Made by a program: the position numbers and the translations under genes
In this document: in pieces, positions 43,746 to 55,034 of the stretch
Layout: the number at the start of each line of letters is the position of its first letter
Numbering within the stretch: the stretch's first letter is position 1
Source: an uncultured Verrucomicrobiae bacterium
Lineage (GTDB): Bacteria > Verrucomicrobiota > Verrucomicrobiia > Limisphaerales > Palsa-1400
Length of the DNA stretch: 64,000 bases
Direction: 5' to 3'
Assembly: GCA_963702845.1 (NCBI GenBank)
Contig: OY969763.1
Coordinates: 2,592,001-2,656,000, forward strand
Notes under the pieces: generated by a model
Told to the model about the DNA's origin: nothing
The model's database searches: none
The model's input: the letters and a program-made list of their open reading frames with translations, nothing else

Positions 43746-44510
43746 TTAAACGAACCGCAAGCCACCCTGCTCGCTGCACACCCGTTCCAACGCGCTCACT
43801 GCGCTTTGCGGTGTGTAGGCGCCGGTCACCTTTCCACCAGCTTCACTGCTGACCTCAATGTTAAAACGATAACCCGTGCCGCCCACCTCAACGAGATGGC
43901 TGTTCGTATTCACCTTCGGGTCAGCAACAATTCGCGACACCGTGCGATCAAATCCCAGGCCTGCCAGCGCAATCATCGCGTGGACATTCACATTGCGCGG
44001 AAACTTTTCGCACGCGCCACGCGTCGGTCCGTCATAAACAACTTTGTAATCCTGCGGCGGCAATCCAAGACTCGCCGGGCTCTTCGTCGTCGTAATCGTA
44101 ACGGACTGAAGAGTCCGCCCCGCATCGACAAGTCCGTCGATCCCGACAATCGCACCGTGCGGCAAGAATACGCGGTGTCCCGCTTTCATCGCTGCATTTT
44201 GCAACTCATCACGAAATGCATCATCGGCGAGCGCAGTCACAGAGAACAACATCAGATCCGAGTTTTGCACAATTTTCGTGGCAACAGCCCTCACCAAATC
44301 AGAATGCGCCGCTTCCACCACGAGATCAGCATGGCGCGCCGCAATTTCGTCTAACGATGTGATGCGCAGATGTTGTGGAACTTCCTTGAGCCGAGCGTCG
44401 GTCCTGGAAAAAACGAATGCCAGCTCAAGCGAAGGATCAGCAACAACTGACCGGGCCAACACGGCGCCGATCGAGCCACAGCCGATTATCCCCACACGTT
44501 TTTGATTCAT
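43746..44510 (-). CDS. L-aspartate dehydrogenase family (NadX/DUF108)
   Basis: GIIGCGSIG, LVVEAA, GAIVGID, FPRNVNV, NSH. Confidence 0.85.
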   Translation of the reverse strand: MNQKRVGIIGCGSIGAVLARSVVADPSLELAFVFSRTDARLKEVPQHLRITSLDEIAARHADLVVEAAHSDLVRAVATKIVQNSDLMLFSVTALADDAFRDELQNAAMKAGHRVFLPHGAIVGIDGLVDAGRTLQSVTITTTKSPASLGLPPQDYKVVYDGPTRGACEKFPRNVNVHAMIALAGLGFDRTVSRIVADPKVNTNSHLVEVGGTGYRFNIEVSSEAGGKVTGAYTPQSAVSALERVCSEQGGLRFV

Positions 44511-44752
44511 GCCTGAGATTATCGAAAACTTGCGCAAAGAAAAGAGGTCGGTTCGTGACTTGGTGAGCTCATGGCAAATACCACGAGGGGTCTGCCGTAA
44601 GACTGAGGAAAACGAAACACAGATCGGAGGAAAGTATATGGATGGATTAAGTCGCATTGCATTTAACGTGGTGGAATCGATCGCGCATTTGCCCCTTGCC
44701 TCGCTTGCAACCAGTTCATACCGTCGCGCTAAGATTTCGAAACGCATTTCCT

Positions 44753-46108
44753 ATGAGCTTCACAATTAATCGCCGCCGTTTCCTCCAAACCTCTGCCGCG
44801 TCGCTCGCCTTCTCGGCCCTCGGCAGCTATGGCGTCGAACTCATCAACCAAAAACCCAAACGCGTCGGCCTGATCGGCACCGGCTGGTATGGCAAGAGCG
44901 ATCTGTTCCGCCTCATCCAGGTCGCGCCCATCGAAGTGATCTCGCTGTGCGACCCGGACAAACATCAGCTCGCGGAAGCGGCGACCATGGTCAGCCAGCG
45001 CCAGAAATCAAAAAAGATTCCCCGCACCTACACCGACTATCGAAAGATGCTCGCGGAAAAAGACCTCGACATCGTGCTCATTGGCACGCCCGACCACTGG
45101 CACGCACTGCAAATGATCGCCGCCGTCGAGTCAGGCGCAGACGTTTACTGTCAAAAACCCATCAGCGTCGATGTGATGGAAGGCGAAGCCATGATCGCGG
45201 CGGCACGCAAGCACAACCGAGTCGTGCAAGTCGGCACTCAACGCAAAAGCACGCCGCACCTCATCGAGGCCAAGAAAAACATCGTCGAAGCCGGCCTGCT
45301 CGGAAAAATCGCCCACGTCGACATCTGCTGCTACTACCACATGCGCGCCAACGGCAACCCGCCGGTCACCGCCGTCCCCGATTACTTCGATTACGACATG
45401 TGGACTGGCCCAGCCCCGCTGCGGCCGTTCGACGGCATGCCGCACACCCGCTGGTGGCGCACCTTCATGGAATACGGCAACGGCATCGTCGGCGACATGT
45501 GCGTGCACATGCTCGACACCACGCGCTGGATGCTCAAGCTCGGTTGGCCGAATCGCGTCACCTCCTCTGGCGGAATCTTCGTCGACAAAACCGGCAAGTC
45601 CAACATCAGCGACACCCAATCCGCCACGTTCGACTACGACAACCTCACGGTGAATTGGCAGCACCGCACCTGGGGCGCTCCGCCCGATCCGCAATACGAT
45701 TGGGCCCTCGTTCTTTACGGCGACAAAGGCACGCTTAAAGCAAGCACCTGGAAATACGATTTCATTCCGAACAAAGGCACGACCATCCACAAAGACTGCG
45801 TTTTCGAGCGCGAGAAATTTCCCGAAGACGTGACCGAACCAAAAATCGAACTCAACGCCGCGCCCGCCACGCGTCTGCACATGCTCGATTTCCTCGCCGC
45901 CATCGACAAACGCAGCCGCCCCGTCGCCGACATCCAGGAAGGCCACATCTCCACGGCAAGCTGCATCCTCGCCAACGTCTCCATGAAACTCGGTGGCCGC
46001 CCGCTCGTTTACGACCAGGCCAAACGCCAGGTCGTCGGTGATCACGAAGCAACAAAACTTTTACGCCGTCCTTACCGCACCGGGTACAAACATCCCGAGG
46101 TGGCATAA
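44753..46108 (+). CDS. Tat-exported Gfo/Idh/MocA oxidoreductase
   Basis: RRRFL Tat motif, GLIGTGWYG, TPDHWH, QKP, GTQR, DMCVHMLD. Confidence 0.92.
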   Translation: MSFTINRRRFLQTSAASLAFSALGSYGVELINQKPKRVGLIGTGWYGKSDLFRLIQVAPIEVISLCDPDKHQLAEAATMVSQRQKSKKIPRTYTDYRKMLAEKDLDIVLIGTPDHWHALQMIAAVESGADVYCQKPISVDVMEGEAMIAAARKHNRVVQVGTQRKSTPHLIEAKKNIVEAGLLGKIAHVDICCYYHMRANGNPPVTAVPDYFDYDMWTGPAPLRPFDGMPHTRWWRTFMEYGNGIVGDMCVHMLDTTRWMLKLGWPNRVTSSGGIFVDKTGKSNISDTQSATFDYDNLTVNWQHRTWGAPPDPQYDWALVLYGDKGTLKASTWKYDFIPNKGTTIHKDCVFEREKFPEDVTEPKIELNAAPATRLHMLDFLAAIDKRSRPVADIQEGHISTASCILANVSMKLGGRPLVYDQAKRQVVGDHEATKLLRRPYRTGYKHPEVA

Positions 46109-46136
46109 TCGGTTGGGTCAAAGTTCAAGAAGCAAA
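46065..46136 (+). repeat. Oxidoreductase 3'-end/downstream repeat, copy 1 (72 bp)
   Basis: 65/72 identical to 46589-46660; partial copy at 55784-55829. Confidence 0.85.
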
Positions 46137-46154
46137 ACACCCTGCGGATGCCGT

Positions 46155-46445
46155 TTAACTCGAAGTGTTCTCAAAATAATCAGCACCGCACTTAGAACAG
46201 TGTGTGACCTCGACGGTTACCGTGCGCAATGGTTTTTTACACTTCGGACATACCAGTCGATTGTTGCCGAGGACAACAGCGAAAATGCAGAACACCACCC
46301 CGAAGCCGGGCAACATAGGGCCAATCCGGCCACTCGGCTGACCGAATTTCGACATCAGGAGACCGATGCCAACGAGCACTATCCCGGTGTGCAACAAGTA
46401 TCGAGATGTCTTAAGGCGGGATTTCGAAATGCGTGTATTGGTCAT
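46155..46445 (-). CDS. Small 2TM protein with zinc ribbon (cassette-like)
   Basis: Two hydrophobic segments, CPKC...CSKC; ATG 8 nt after the GTTCGGC core site. Confidence 0.65.
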   Translation of the reverse strand: MTNTRISKSRLKTSRYLLHTGIVLVGIGLLMSKFGQPSGRIGPMLPGFGVVFCIFAVVLGNNRLVCPKCKKPLRTVTVEVTHCSKCGADYFENTSS

Positions 46446-46452
46446 TGGTTCA

Positions 46453-46514
46453 GCCGAACAATTAATACGACATGTGTTCGCATATTTTTTAATTCACGAA
46501 CAGCGCCTTATATA
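46453..46514 (-). mobile_element. attI-like site, copy 2
   Basis: TGTTCGTGAATTAAAAAATATGCGAACACATGTCGTATTAATTG/TTCGGC; homologous to 7045-7106. Confidence 0.6.
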
Positions 46515-46588
46515 TCACCAACCCGCTGTTCGTTGAAGCATTCTTCACTTCAGCCTTTGTAGCCTTTAGAATTTAGCCTTCGTTCTGG

Positions 46589-46660
46589 GCCGTCCCTACC
46601 GCACCGGATACAAACATCCCGACGTGGCGTAAGCGGTTGGGTTAAAGTTCAACAAGCAAA
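46589..46660 (+). repeat. Oxidoreductase 3'-end/downstream repeat, copy 2
   Basis: Encodes RPYRTGYKHPDVA*; preceded by a TTTAGCC heptamer block. Confidence 0.85.
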
Positions 46661-46678
46661 GCAGAGTGCCGACGTAGT

Positions 46679-47035
46679 TCACTCTCTGGCACCGGTTTGA
46701 TACAGATGCTCCGCACAATAAACAACCCCTCGGACGCGAGGTTGATCGCATCCCTGCCGAATGCACTTCTCGTCCGTAAGTCCGCCTCGCGACCGTATTA
46801 AATAATCACGCCGCAACAACGTAGTGTCGAATTCTCTCCACCCATCTCGCTCGGGGATCTTAACAGCGAACTGTGTCTGAAGTTTGTCGAATTCGTCCAC
46901 CGACCAAAGCTGGTCGCAACACGGGCAGCGAAAGAGACGCACCCAATTACCTGTTTCCAATAGTTCGAAGCGCCCGATTTCCGGATGATTGTCCAGCTTT
47001 ACGATGTCTGGAAGCTGAGAGCATTTGCACGGCAT
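46679..47035 (-). CDS. Small Cys-rich putative metal-binding protein (cassette-like)
   Basis: CKC, CPCC, C..C...C..H motifs; GTTACGC core-like site 15 nt upstream. Confidence 0.7.
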   Translation of the reverse strand: MPCKCSQLPDIVKLDNHPEIGRFELLETGNWVRLFRCPCCDQLWSVDEFDKLQTQFAVKIPERDGWREFDTTLLRRDYLIRSRGGLTDEKCIRQGCDQPRVRGVVYCAEHLYQTGARE

Positions 47036-47137
47036 AGCGAATTCTGACGGCGTAACATGGTTCTCTGACCAGAGCCTTGTATATCACCAACCCGCCATTC
47101 GTTGAAGCATTCTTCACGGGACCAATTTGGTGGCGGC

Positions 47138-47210
47138 AGCTCCGTTAGGAGCGACATGTTTATAGAAACAACCCACAAAAAGACCAAACAAGCTCCGTAG
47201 GAGCGGCATG
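47138..47210. repeat. REP pair AGCTCCGT(T)AGGAGCG(A/G)CATG
   Basis: Related to the termini of the 180-bp elements at 1489 and 5781. Confidence 0.7.
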
Positions 47211-47289
47211 AGCAAAGAACAGAGCCGCGTGCATCAAAAGATCTCTTTTTTGTTTTAGCCTTTAGCCTTTAGAATTTAGCCTTCGTTCC

Positions 47290-48732
47290 ATGTCTCGATT
47301 GATGCGTTTATGCCGCTGGTGGTTGCTCGTGCTCGCTTTGAATGCCGGCGCGGCGGAAAAGCTCAACGTGCTCTACATCATCTCGGATGACTTGCGTGAC
47401 ACGGTGGGTTGTTATGGCAACACCGCGGTGAAGACTCCAAATATTGACCGGCTGGCGCAACGCGGCGTCTGCTTCGAGCGGGCTTATGCGCAATACCCCA
47501 TTTGCAACCCAAGCCGCGCTTCCTTTCTGACCGGCTTGCGTAGTGAGCAAACGCACGTCGTCGGCAACCGGACCATGTTCCGCACGAAGCTGCCGGACAT
47601 CGTCACTCTCCCACAACTGTTGCGGCAGCAAGGATGGCATGCGGCGTCTTTCGGCAAAGTATTTCATGTCGGAGAAAGCATCGGGGAAATTCGCGACGGC
47701 TGGATGGACCTGGGCAAATCGTGGGATGAAGCGGCTATGTTCCAGCCCACCGAGGCCGGGCGCGTCATCGAAGGCCGCAACCTGACCGGCGGCAAATTGA
47801 AATGGTGCGAATGGGGCGCGACGGCGGGCGGCGACGATGATCAACCCGACGGCCAGACGGCGCAACACGCCCTGGCAGTCATCGAACGGGAAACCAAGGC
47901 CGGCAAACCGTGGCTCGTCGCAGCCGGTTTTCATCGACCGCACGACCCGTTTATCTCGCCCAAAAAGTATTTCGACCTGTATCCGCCCGGCTCGATGAAA
48001 ATCTATCACGACCCGACCAACGTCACGAAGCTGCCGCCCCTATCCATAGCTGGTGGCGCGTTTACCGAGGCTTTCAATGCATTCACCGAGCGCGAGCGCC
48101 AGGAATTTCAACGCGCTTACTATGCCGGGGTTTCTTTTACCGACGCGCAAGTCGGCCGGCTCATGGAAGAATTGGATAAGCGCGGGCTTTGGGAACACAC
48201 ACTGGTGATTTTCTCGGGTGACAACGGTTATCATCACAACGAGCGGGGTTGGTGGAACAAAAACACCTTGTTCGAGCGCAGTTGCCGGGTGCCGTTGATT
48301 GTCGTGGCGCCAGGCGGCGCGCGGGGCAAAGTCTGTCACTCACTGGTCGAGCTTGTAGATATTTACCCCACCGTGGCGGATTATTGCGGGCTGCCGGCAC
48401 CGCATAAATTGGCCGGTCAGAGCTTGCGGCCCTTGTTGCAAAATCCCGCAGGCAAAGGGCGCGACGCCGCTTTCACCCTGGTTGTGCGCGGCAGAAACTA
48501 CGGCCAGGCGGTGCGCACCGAACGCTGGCGCTTCATTCAATGGAGCGATGGAAACATGGAACTCTACGACGAACTAAAGGACCCGGAAGAAACGCACGAC
48601 GTTTCCTCCGCGCGTCAGAACGGGGCTGTGATTACGGAATTGAAAACCCTGCTCAACCAACGCATCGGCCCTTACCAACCCGACGCCCCAGCCAAAGTCA
48701 GCCAGCAACGCAGAGGCAAAAAGACAACGTGA
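47290..48732 (+). CDS. Sulfatase (iduronate-2-sulfatase-like, S1)
   Basis: SDDL, CNPSRASFLTG formylglycine motif, GKVFH, RPHDP, GDNGY. Confidence 0.93.
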   Translation: MSRLMRLCRWWLLVLALNAGAAEKLNVLYIISDDLRDTVGCYGNTAVKTPNIDRLAQRGVCFERAYAQYPICNPSRASFLTGLRSEQTHVVGNRTMFRTKLPDIVTLPQLLRQQGWHAASFGKVFHVGESIGEIRDGWMDLGKSWDEAAMFQPTEAGRVIEGRNLTGGKLKWCEWGATAGGDDDQPDGQTAQHALAVIERETKAGKPWLVAAGFHRPHDPFISPKKYFDLYPPGSMKIYHDPTNVTKLPPLSIAGGAFTEAFNAFTERERQEFQRAYYAGVSFTDAQVGRLMEELDKRGLWEHTLVIFSGDNGYHHNERGWWNKNTLFERSCRVPLIVVAPGGARGKVCHSLVELVDIYPTVADYCGLPAPHKLAGQSLRPLLQNPAGKGRDAAFTLVVRGRNYGQAVRTERWRFIQWSDGNMELYDELKDPEETHDVSSARQNGAVITELKTLLNQRIGPYQPDAPAKVSQQRRGKKTT

Positions 48733-48816
48733 TCAACCACGCCCGCTCGTTTACGACTCTGGTCATCTTGTAATTTGTATTTTCCCCTCAACCCTCAACT
48801 ATCCCCCCTCTCACCG

Positions 48817-49890
48817 CTACTTTCCAAACGCCGTTTCAACAAACCGGTACGCTTCACGCCGGATTGTCGTCGGGAACGAATGTTCGCATTCCGGACTTGT
48901 GACCACAAAGCGATCGGCAGCGCCGAGAAGTTTGTAGACCGATTCGATCTCCGGTATCGCCGACCGCACGCCCGCGAATTCGAAGTTGGCGTCGAACTTG
49001 GGACTATTGGAAAAAACCGCGCGCGGCGCGATCGCCCCAATCACTTCCGTCAAATCAAACGGCACCTCATCCGGATTACTGTGATAAACATCGCGGATAG
49101 CCGGCATATACCGATCCTGCGCCCAGTTCGCCAACTTCTTCCCGCCATAATAATAATGGAACGGCGTCCACCCGCAGCTCGTCACCACAGCCGTGATACG
49201 CTCATCAAAGGCCGCTGTGAAAAGCGCGTTGTGCCCGCCAAGGGAATGGCCGATGACAGCGATCCGCTTCCGGTCCACATCGCTGCGCGCGAGCAAGACA
49301 TCGACGCATCGCATATTGTCTGCGATCGCCTTCATCGTTCCTGACCGATACGGCGAAGTTTTGAAGTTATAATTCGTCAGCTCGCCGAACGAAGAATAGT
49401 CCGGCGCAATGACAACGTATCCCAGCCGTGCAAGCTCGGTCGCATAGCCAAAATTGCGATCACCGGGAAACGTATCGTCACTGATATCTTTCCCAACCGT
49501 CGCAGTCTGCTGCACCGCCAACGCCGCCGGCCGACGCTCGTTTGGCCCGATGTCATTCGGAACGTAGAGATAAGCCGGAATATGTTCGTTAAACAGCGTA
49601 TCGATCGTCACCAATTCGCGGTGATAAGTGGCGAATGACAGCGACTGGCGGATCTGCACCACCGGCGCGGCGAGCTTCGAGCGATCGGGCAAGGGACCCA
49701 TCACCTGTTGCATTCCGGAAAGAATAGCTCGCCGCCGCAACTGCCAATCGCCAGGAGTCGCTATCGTTTTGATTTGTCCGGAAGGATTCGCAAACCAATC
49801 AAGCCTGGCATGATCAAGAGACCCGCCATTAACCGTGGCAATCGTTAGGAAAATTAAAAAAATGGAACCGATCAGAACAGACAGTTTCAC
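48817..49890 (-). CDS. Alpha/beta hydrolase (dienelactone hydrolase/acetyl xylan esterase-like)
   Basis: GYVVIAPD, GHSLGG nucleophile elbow, IAPR, HSF; GTG start inferred. Confidence 0.85.
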   Translation of the reverse strand: MKLSVLIGSIFLIFLTIATVNGGSLDHARLDWFANPSGQIKTIATPGDWQLRRRAILSGMQQVMGPLPDRSKLAAPVVQIRQSLSFATYHRELVTIDTLFNEHIPAYLYVPNDIGPNERRPAALAVQQTATVGKDISDDTFPGDRNFGYATELARLGYVVIAPDYSSFGELTNYNFKTSPYRSGTMKAIADNMRCVDVLLARSDVDRKRIAVIGHSLGGHNALFTAAFDERITAVVTSCGWTPFHYYYGGKKLANWAQDRYMPAIRDVYHSNPDEVPFDLTEVIGAIAPRAVFSNSPKFDANFEFAGVRSAIPEIESVYKLLGAADRFVVTSPECEHSFPTTIRREAYRFVETAFGK

Positions 49891-49991
49891 GGCGCGAGCA
49901 TAAAACAGTTGCCGGAAAGTGGTGAGAAATTTTTCGCGCCCGCGTCCTGAAGGGACAACACGAAACGCTCCGTCCTGAAACGGCTGGTCAA

Positions 49992-50888
49992 TCAATTCGC
50001 CAGGGGAGATGTGCACGCCTGGACACGGGGAAGGTCGTCCGAATTATCAGCGGTTTTATAATAACCTGTAAAAGTGAGCACAGCGGTTCCGTGCCACTTC
50101 CAATACTCAGCGTGGCCATCGGCAAAGGAAAAAGTGGTGCCTTTGTTGTGGCGGCTGCCCGGGTAATTCCACCATTGGCCGTCATGCGGCCCGCCCGGTA
50201 CGGCGATGGCAAAGTCGCCGTCATCCACGCTAAACTCATTCTCATCCACAAAGACAATCATCTTGCCAAACCCGTTGGTATGAGCACCGATTTGGGCGAA
50301 TTTCATAATGCTATTTTGTCCATTGAGCAGTATTCCACCTTGTGGACTACTGGCCGTGAACCCGCCAAGAGGATAGTTCATCGACACGGTACGTGCCTGG
50401 GGCCCCAGCGTAGCGGCGAAAGTAAACGGCGGGTTCGCCGGGTAGAGAATTTGCCTCGTATTGGCCGGACACGCATAAATGGAAAGTGACCCATTGTATG
50501 GAAAGAGAACCCCATTGGGGATCCAAGGCTTCGCCGGGTCAGTCTGCGCCCCGCCTTGAATCCACGAGTTTGGCAAACCGTTGCCACCCGGTCCGTTGAC
50601 GGGCGCGGCTCCGTTCAGTGGCAGATGATCGTTGTAGTCGCCAACATACATGTGCCAGCACAGTTGCAACTGCTTCATGTTGCTGAGGCATTGAGTGGTC
50701 TTGGCTTTTTCCTTGGCTTTGGCCAGAGCAGGCAACAATAACGAGGCCAAAATCGCGATGATGGCAATAACCACCAGCAATTCGATCAACGTAAAACCCG
50801 CCCGCTTGTCTGCGCCCGATTCCACCAATCGCGTCGGCGCGCCGGATTGATTTATCCCTCTATCCAACTTTGGTGTCATATCATTCAT
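49992..50888 (-). CDS. Prepilin-type N-terminal cleavage/methylation protein with H-X9-DG motif (DUF1559-like)
   Basis: [42 protein letters not shown]. Confidence 0.93.
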   Translation of the reverse strand: MNDMTPKLDRGINQSGAPTRLVESGADKRAGFTLIELLVVIAIIAILASLLLPALAKAKEKAKTTQCLSNMKQLQLCWHMYVGDYNDHLPLNGAAPVNGPGGNGLPNSWIQGGAQTDPAKPWIPNGVLFPYNGSLSIYACPANTRQILYPANPPFTFAATLGPQARTVSMNYPLGGFTASSPQGGILLNGQNSIMKFAQIGAHTNGFGKMIVFVDENEFSVDDGDFAIAVPGGPHDGQWWNYPGSRHNKGTTFSFADGHAEYWKWHGTAVLTFTGYYKTADNSDDLPRVQACTSPLAN

Positions 50889-50900
50889 AACGCTCTTCAC

Positions 50901-53900
50901 TCAGGGTTGTTGAAAGAACATGCGATAAAAGACGTTAGTCTGGTTCGCATTCGGAGTGATGGTGATCTGGTTGGTCGAGGTCGAACCACTTACAGGGAAC
51001 CATGCGTTGGTTACCGCCACCCCTACCGAGTTGCTCTGTATCTGCCAGCCCGTGTGGTCAGCCGGCCACGAGAGCGTCAATTGATTGTTCGAATATGAGA
51101 CCGTCAGGTTTGTCGGGGTGGGATTAAACAACGTAAAATGGTGTTGCGCGCTGAGATAGTTGGCCAGGCTTGCAGCGTCGCTGCTGGACAAGGGCGAGGC
51201 AGCGACGATCAGTTCGGAAAGGTCGCCCGCCAGACGATTGAAACCATCAGACCGCGCGCCGATGTATAGCGGCTGTCCGTTATCGAAGCTATTCGACTCG
51301 TCGAAGTTGGCGCTCAACAGACCCGTTCCCGCAGGCTGGCCGTTAACATAGTGGCTGACGGTATTGCCCGTGTCGGAAGCTATCACGACGGAGGTATTGC
51401 CGATGGACGGCCCGCTCGTCGCGGGGTATGAGCCGTAATGAATACCTGCGACCGTGCCATTGCCATTGCCGCGGTAGAGTTGCGCCCCGGGGGTGCCAAG
51501 ATAGAAATCATACGGTGCGGCAATGTTTTTATTCGCGGTTCCAGTCTTTGAAACGAGATGGCCCGTTCTGCCGTTCAGAACCCTGGGGTTGACCACGGCG
51601 ATAATGGACATATCACCGGTGATACCCAGGGTGGAAGAACCGCCGGCCGTAGTCATGTAGTTCGTAACCAAATCGTTGGTGTTGAAACGGATCACCGGAT
51701 CTCCCGATGCATTGGTGGCAAGCTGTCGGTTGAATCGTCGGCCCGCCACCCCCGTAAATGGTGTTGTTATTTCCGGACAGGTCGCTCCATAAGACCACAC
51801 TGTTCGTCGTCGCATCGTGACGCCGGTATCGGCCCGGACCCAGAGAGCCGCGTTTGGATAAAGTCCTACCGGCGTTGAAGCGGGGTCATGGTAAGACCAA
51901 ACAGATCCTTCACATTTTGAATGGTCAGCGAGTAGAAGCCGGGGTTGGCATTGAAGGTCAAAGGCGAGGTGGTCAACACCACTTTGTTGGGCAGTGTCGC
52001 CCATCGCGGCGGAAAGGACACTAGCCCCGTTGTTCAACGAATAATTGCCGGCAACGGTGGCTGTGGCGGGGTCCACCGCTTCGTCAAAAGTGACAATGAC
52101 TTGATTCGTGTTCCAAATGGGTATTCCCGCCAACGTGACGAAGGGCGGCACCGTGAGAACCGTCAAGGTATTTGTGGTGCTATAGACAAAGGAACCATTG
52201 GGCAAGGTCACCTGCACATCGAACTTCGTCGCCATTGTCGTTGGGAGCCAGAATTGGCGTGGTGTAAGTCGAATTGGTGGCGCCCGAGAATGTTCGTGCC
52301 GTTTTCCTGCCATTGGAAGGAGAAGCCGTGAGCGCTCCCCGCGCCTGCCACAAACGTATAGGTCACGGAAAATCCATTGGAGGAGGTGGTGCTTGCGGGC
52401 AGGTCGGTGGTAATGGCAAAGGTGAAATATTTTACGCCCAGATAATTGTCCACAATGGTGCGGTCTGCGTCCGACAGGGCTGTGTTAAAGAGCATGATTT
52501 CCGCAATCTGGCCTCTCATTTTCGGATTCGCGGCTTGCAGATCGCTGCGCCCGCCGATCCATACTGGCGTCCCGCCGTCATAAATGCCCGGAGGGTTGCC
52601 GGTAACGGGCCGATGGGCCAGCTGCCGTTGTTTGCGCCGTTCAGCCAGAAGTTGAAGTTGTTCGTCGCCAGCCCGTTTTCTGGCGGAAATGACAGCATGG
52701 AGGCATAACGTAAGGAGTGTTGATCAAAATCGTGCCTCCGATGCCGCCAGCCGGGGCGTTATTGAAACCATTTCCATATTGCACAGTTTTCACTGGCGGC
52801 TTGGGTCCCAATCGAAAGGCGCCGGCAAATTGCCCCACGTTTTGTTGAACAAATCGTTGCCGGCGGTTGAATAAAATTCGGCGACGGCATACATCGTTGT
52901 GTTGCTAGTCATTGAATCCAGACTGGGTGAGGATGGCGCCTGCAGACAGTGAAGAACATTGGCGCCGCTGCCATGGTTGCCGAAGTCCAATGACGGTTGG
53001 CCATTGTTAATGATGTTCGTTCCCGGCCGGGCCGCGCTGCCGGTTAAACCGACTGAAGGAACACCGAAGAATTGGGAAGCGTTGTTGCGCGTTGGTGGTT
53101 TGGTCGAGCCATTGCACCACGTTGTTGTTGGCATCAAGCACCACACCCGAATCCCCTCTCAAAAAGAGCACCAAACCTGCGGGAAGCACCGCTTGGTGCT
53201 GGCAGTCATGGCGTTGCCAAACAAATCCTGGACGTTTTGAACTTTAAGATAATAGCCGGTGTTTGTGTTCAGCGTCGAAGTCGTGCAGGATGACGTTATT
53301 GGACGTACTGCCGAAACTGGCGGAAACAATGGAAGCCAGCACGGAGTCAGCGTGATAATTAGCGGGATTCAAGCCGGTCACCGGGTCAACCGCCTTGGAA
53401 AAGGCAACACGATGTTCGTCGCATTCGCCGTTTTCGTCACGGAATAAACCGTTGGCGGGCCGGATACGACGGCCAAAGTTGCGGTGGCGCTGTTCGTCGA
53501 GCCGTTCACGTTGGTGATAGTTACGCTGTAGTTTAATCCGTTGTATGACGGATCCAGCGACGGGGTGGTGTAGAAGGCATTGGTCGCTCCGGCGATCGGA
53601 GTGGTCGGGCCGCTCGCGCCATTGGTCATCCATTGGTATGCAGCCGCGGGATAATCATTCGTGACGCCCACCCAGAAAGTGGCGGTTTGACCGACCTGCG
53701 CCGTTCTATTCTGGGGTTGCTCGATAATCGTCGGCGCTCCCTGGCGCATCAGGACATCAGTCAAAGTAAATTCTTGGAAAAACCCTTGCGCGGCATCGGC
53801 ACCAATGCCCACGTACTGGATCATGGTCGGATTGACATTTGCAGTTGCGTAGGAGTCCACTTGAACCGAATTGGTAAAGAATCGATAGGTCCAGCCTCTC

Positions 53901-54553
53901 GCCGTCCCGGTTCCCGTAGTGGTGTCCAGAACGACTGTGAACAGATTGGTGGTGGTTCCAAACGTGGCTGCTTTTATGGCGGGGTTGCCCGAGCCGCCCG
54001 GGAATCGGTGAGGCTGAACTCCGGTACCGTCTCCGCGTATGAACATACATCCCGCACCGAGAGGCACAGTGCGATAGCTGCCATTGGTGAGCGGGTTCAC
54101 GGCGAAACCCATCGCCAGAAAATTGGTGCCGCCGGAGAGCGCGCTGACTTTGCAACTAAGAGTATAGATATGCCCCACTTGCGGAACAAAGGGGAGGAAA
54201 CCATTCAAAGAGAGGCCGTTAGCGGGTACATTGGTGAGGGCGATCTCCGATCCATCCGTTTGCAACTGAGCATTCAACCCTGGAGCGTTGCAGGCTGTCC
54301 ACGTGGCGCCGGGAGCATTCACTGTATCGGGAGCCGAACCATCCAATGGTCCCACCCGGGCGAAGGTGTCTCGATAAATGATATTGGTGACCTGCGCCTG
54401 CATCACGCCGGTCATGAACAATAACGGCAAAAGGAACGCTAACCGTTCCCACGTGCAACAACGGCACCAGGCGGTCATGACTTTTACCGCTGCTTTTTTT
54501 GATTTCGCATTTAATCGCGGGGTCACGAACGTATTGTGTAATGGCATTTTCAT
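50901..54553 (-). pseudogene. Large secreted Ig-like/LamG-like protein broken by multiple frameshifts
   Basis: Consecutive fragments (53378..54553, 53007..53189, 52790..53146, 52208..52519, 50901..52313) carry PTIIEQP Ig, VTFDEAVD, LWVRAD, IGARSD and C-terminal LSWP...FYR motifs. Confidence 0.75.
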
Positions 54554-55034
54554 GGCGTGATTCTGATGGTGGTTAAACTGATACTGAACTAATTACGAAA
54601 TTGCGTTTTGTACGCGGCGAGGCCAATGGCGAATTACTTTTCACAACGGCTGATTTCTGAAGATATTGCACATCCGAACCCGTCTAGTCAAGCGTGCGTC
54701 GCCGTTCAGAAGGGATTTTTGTAAATCAAATCAAAAATCAGGTGTCAAAAAATCAGGTGTCAGTCCTAACTATTGACGCAAACGCACTCCTTCCTTTTTG
54801 TTGGCTGCGTTTAGCAATCTCTCAAGATGTCCCATTTATTTTCCCGCATCACTGGTGAAACAGAAGAGCCGCCGCCTACGGATCTGGCACCCTCACCCCA
54901 CGACAAAAACAAACGCGAAGCGCATGGAGTGCGCCGTCATCCGGCGCTTTTCCCCTTTTTGCGTCTTTCGCGTCTTTCGCGGTTTTCCCTCTCTGCGTTC
55001 TATGCGGCGAAATACGCCTGCCTCAAGGCTGTGT

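Noticed and set aside
46065..47289. CRISPR array
   Set aside because: Repeats are 47-72 bp separated by gene-sized inserts; no cas genes and no regular 30-40 bp spacers
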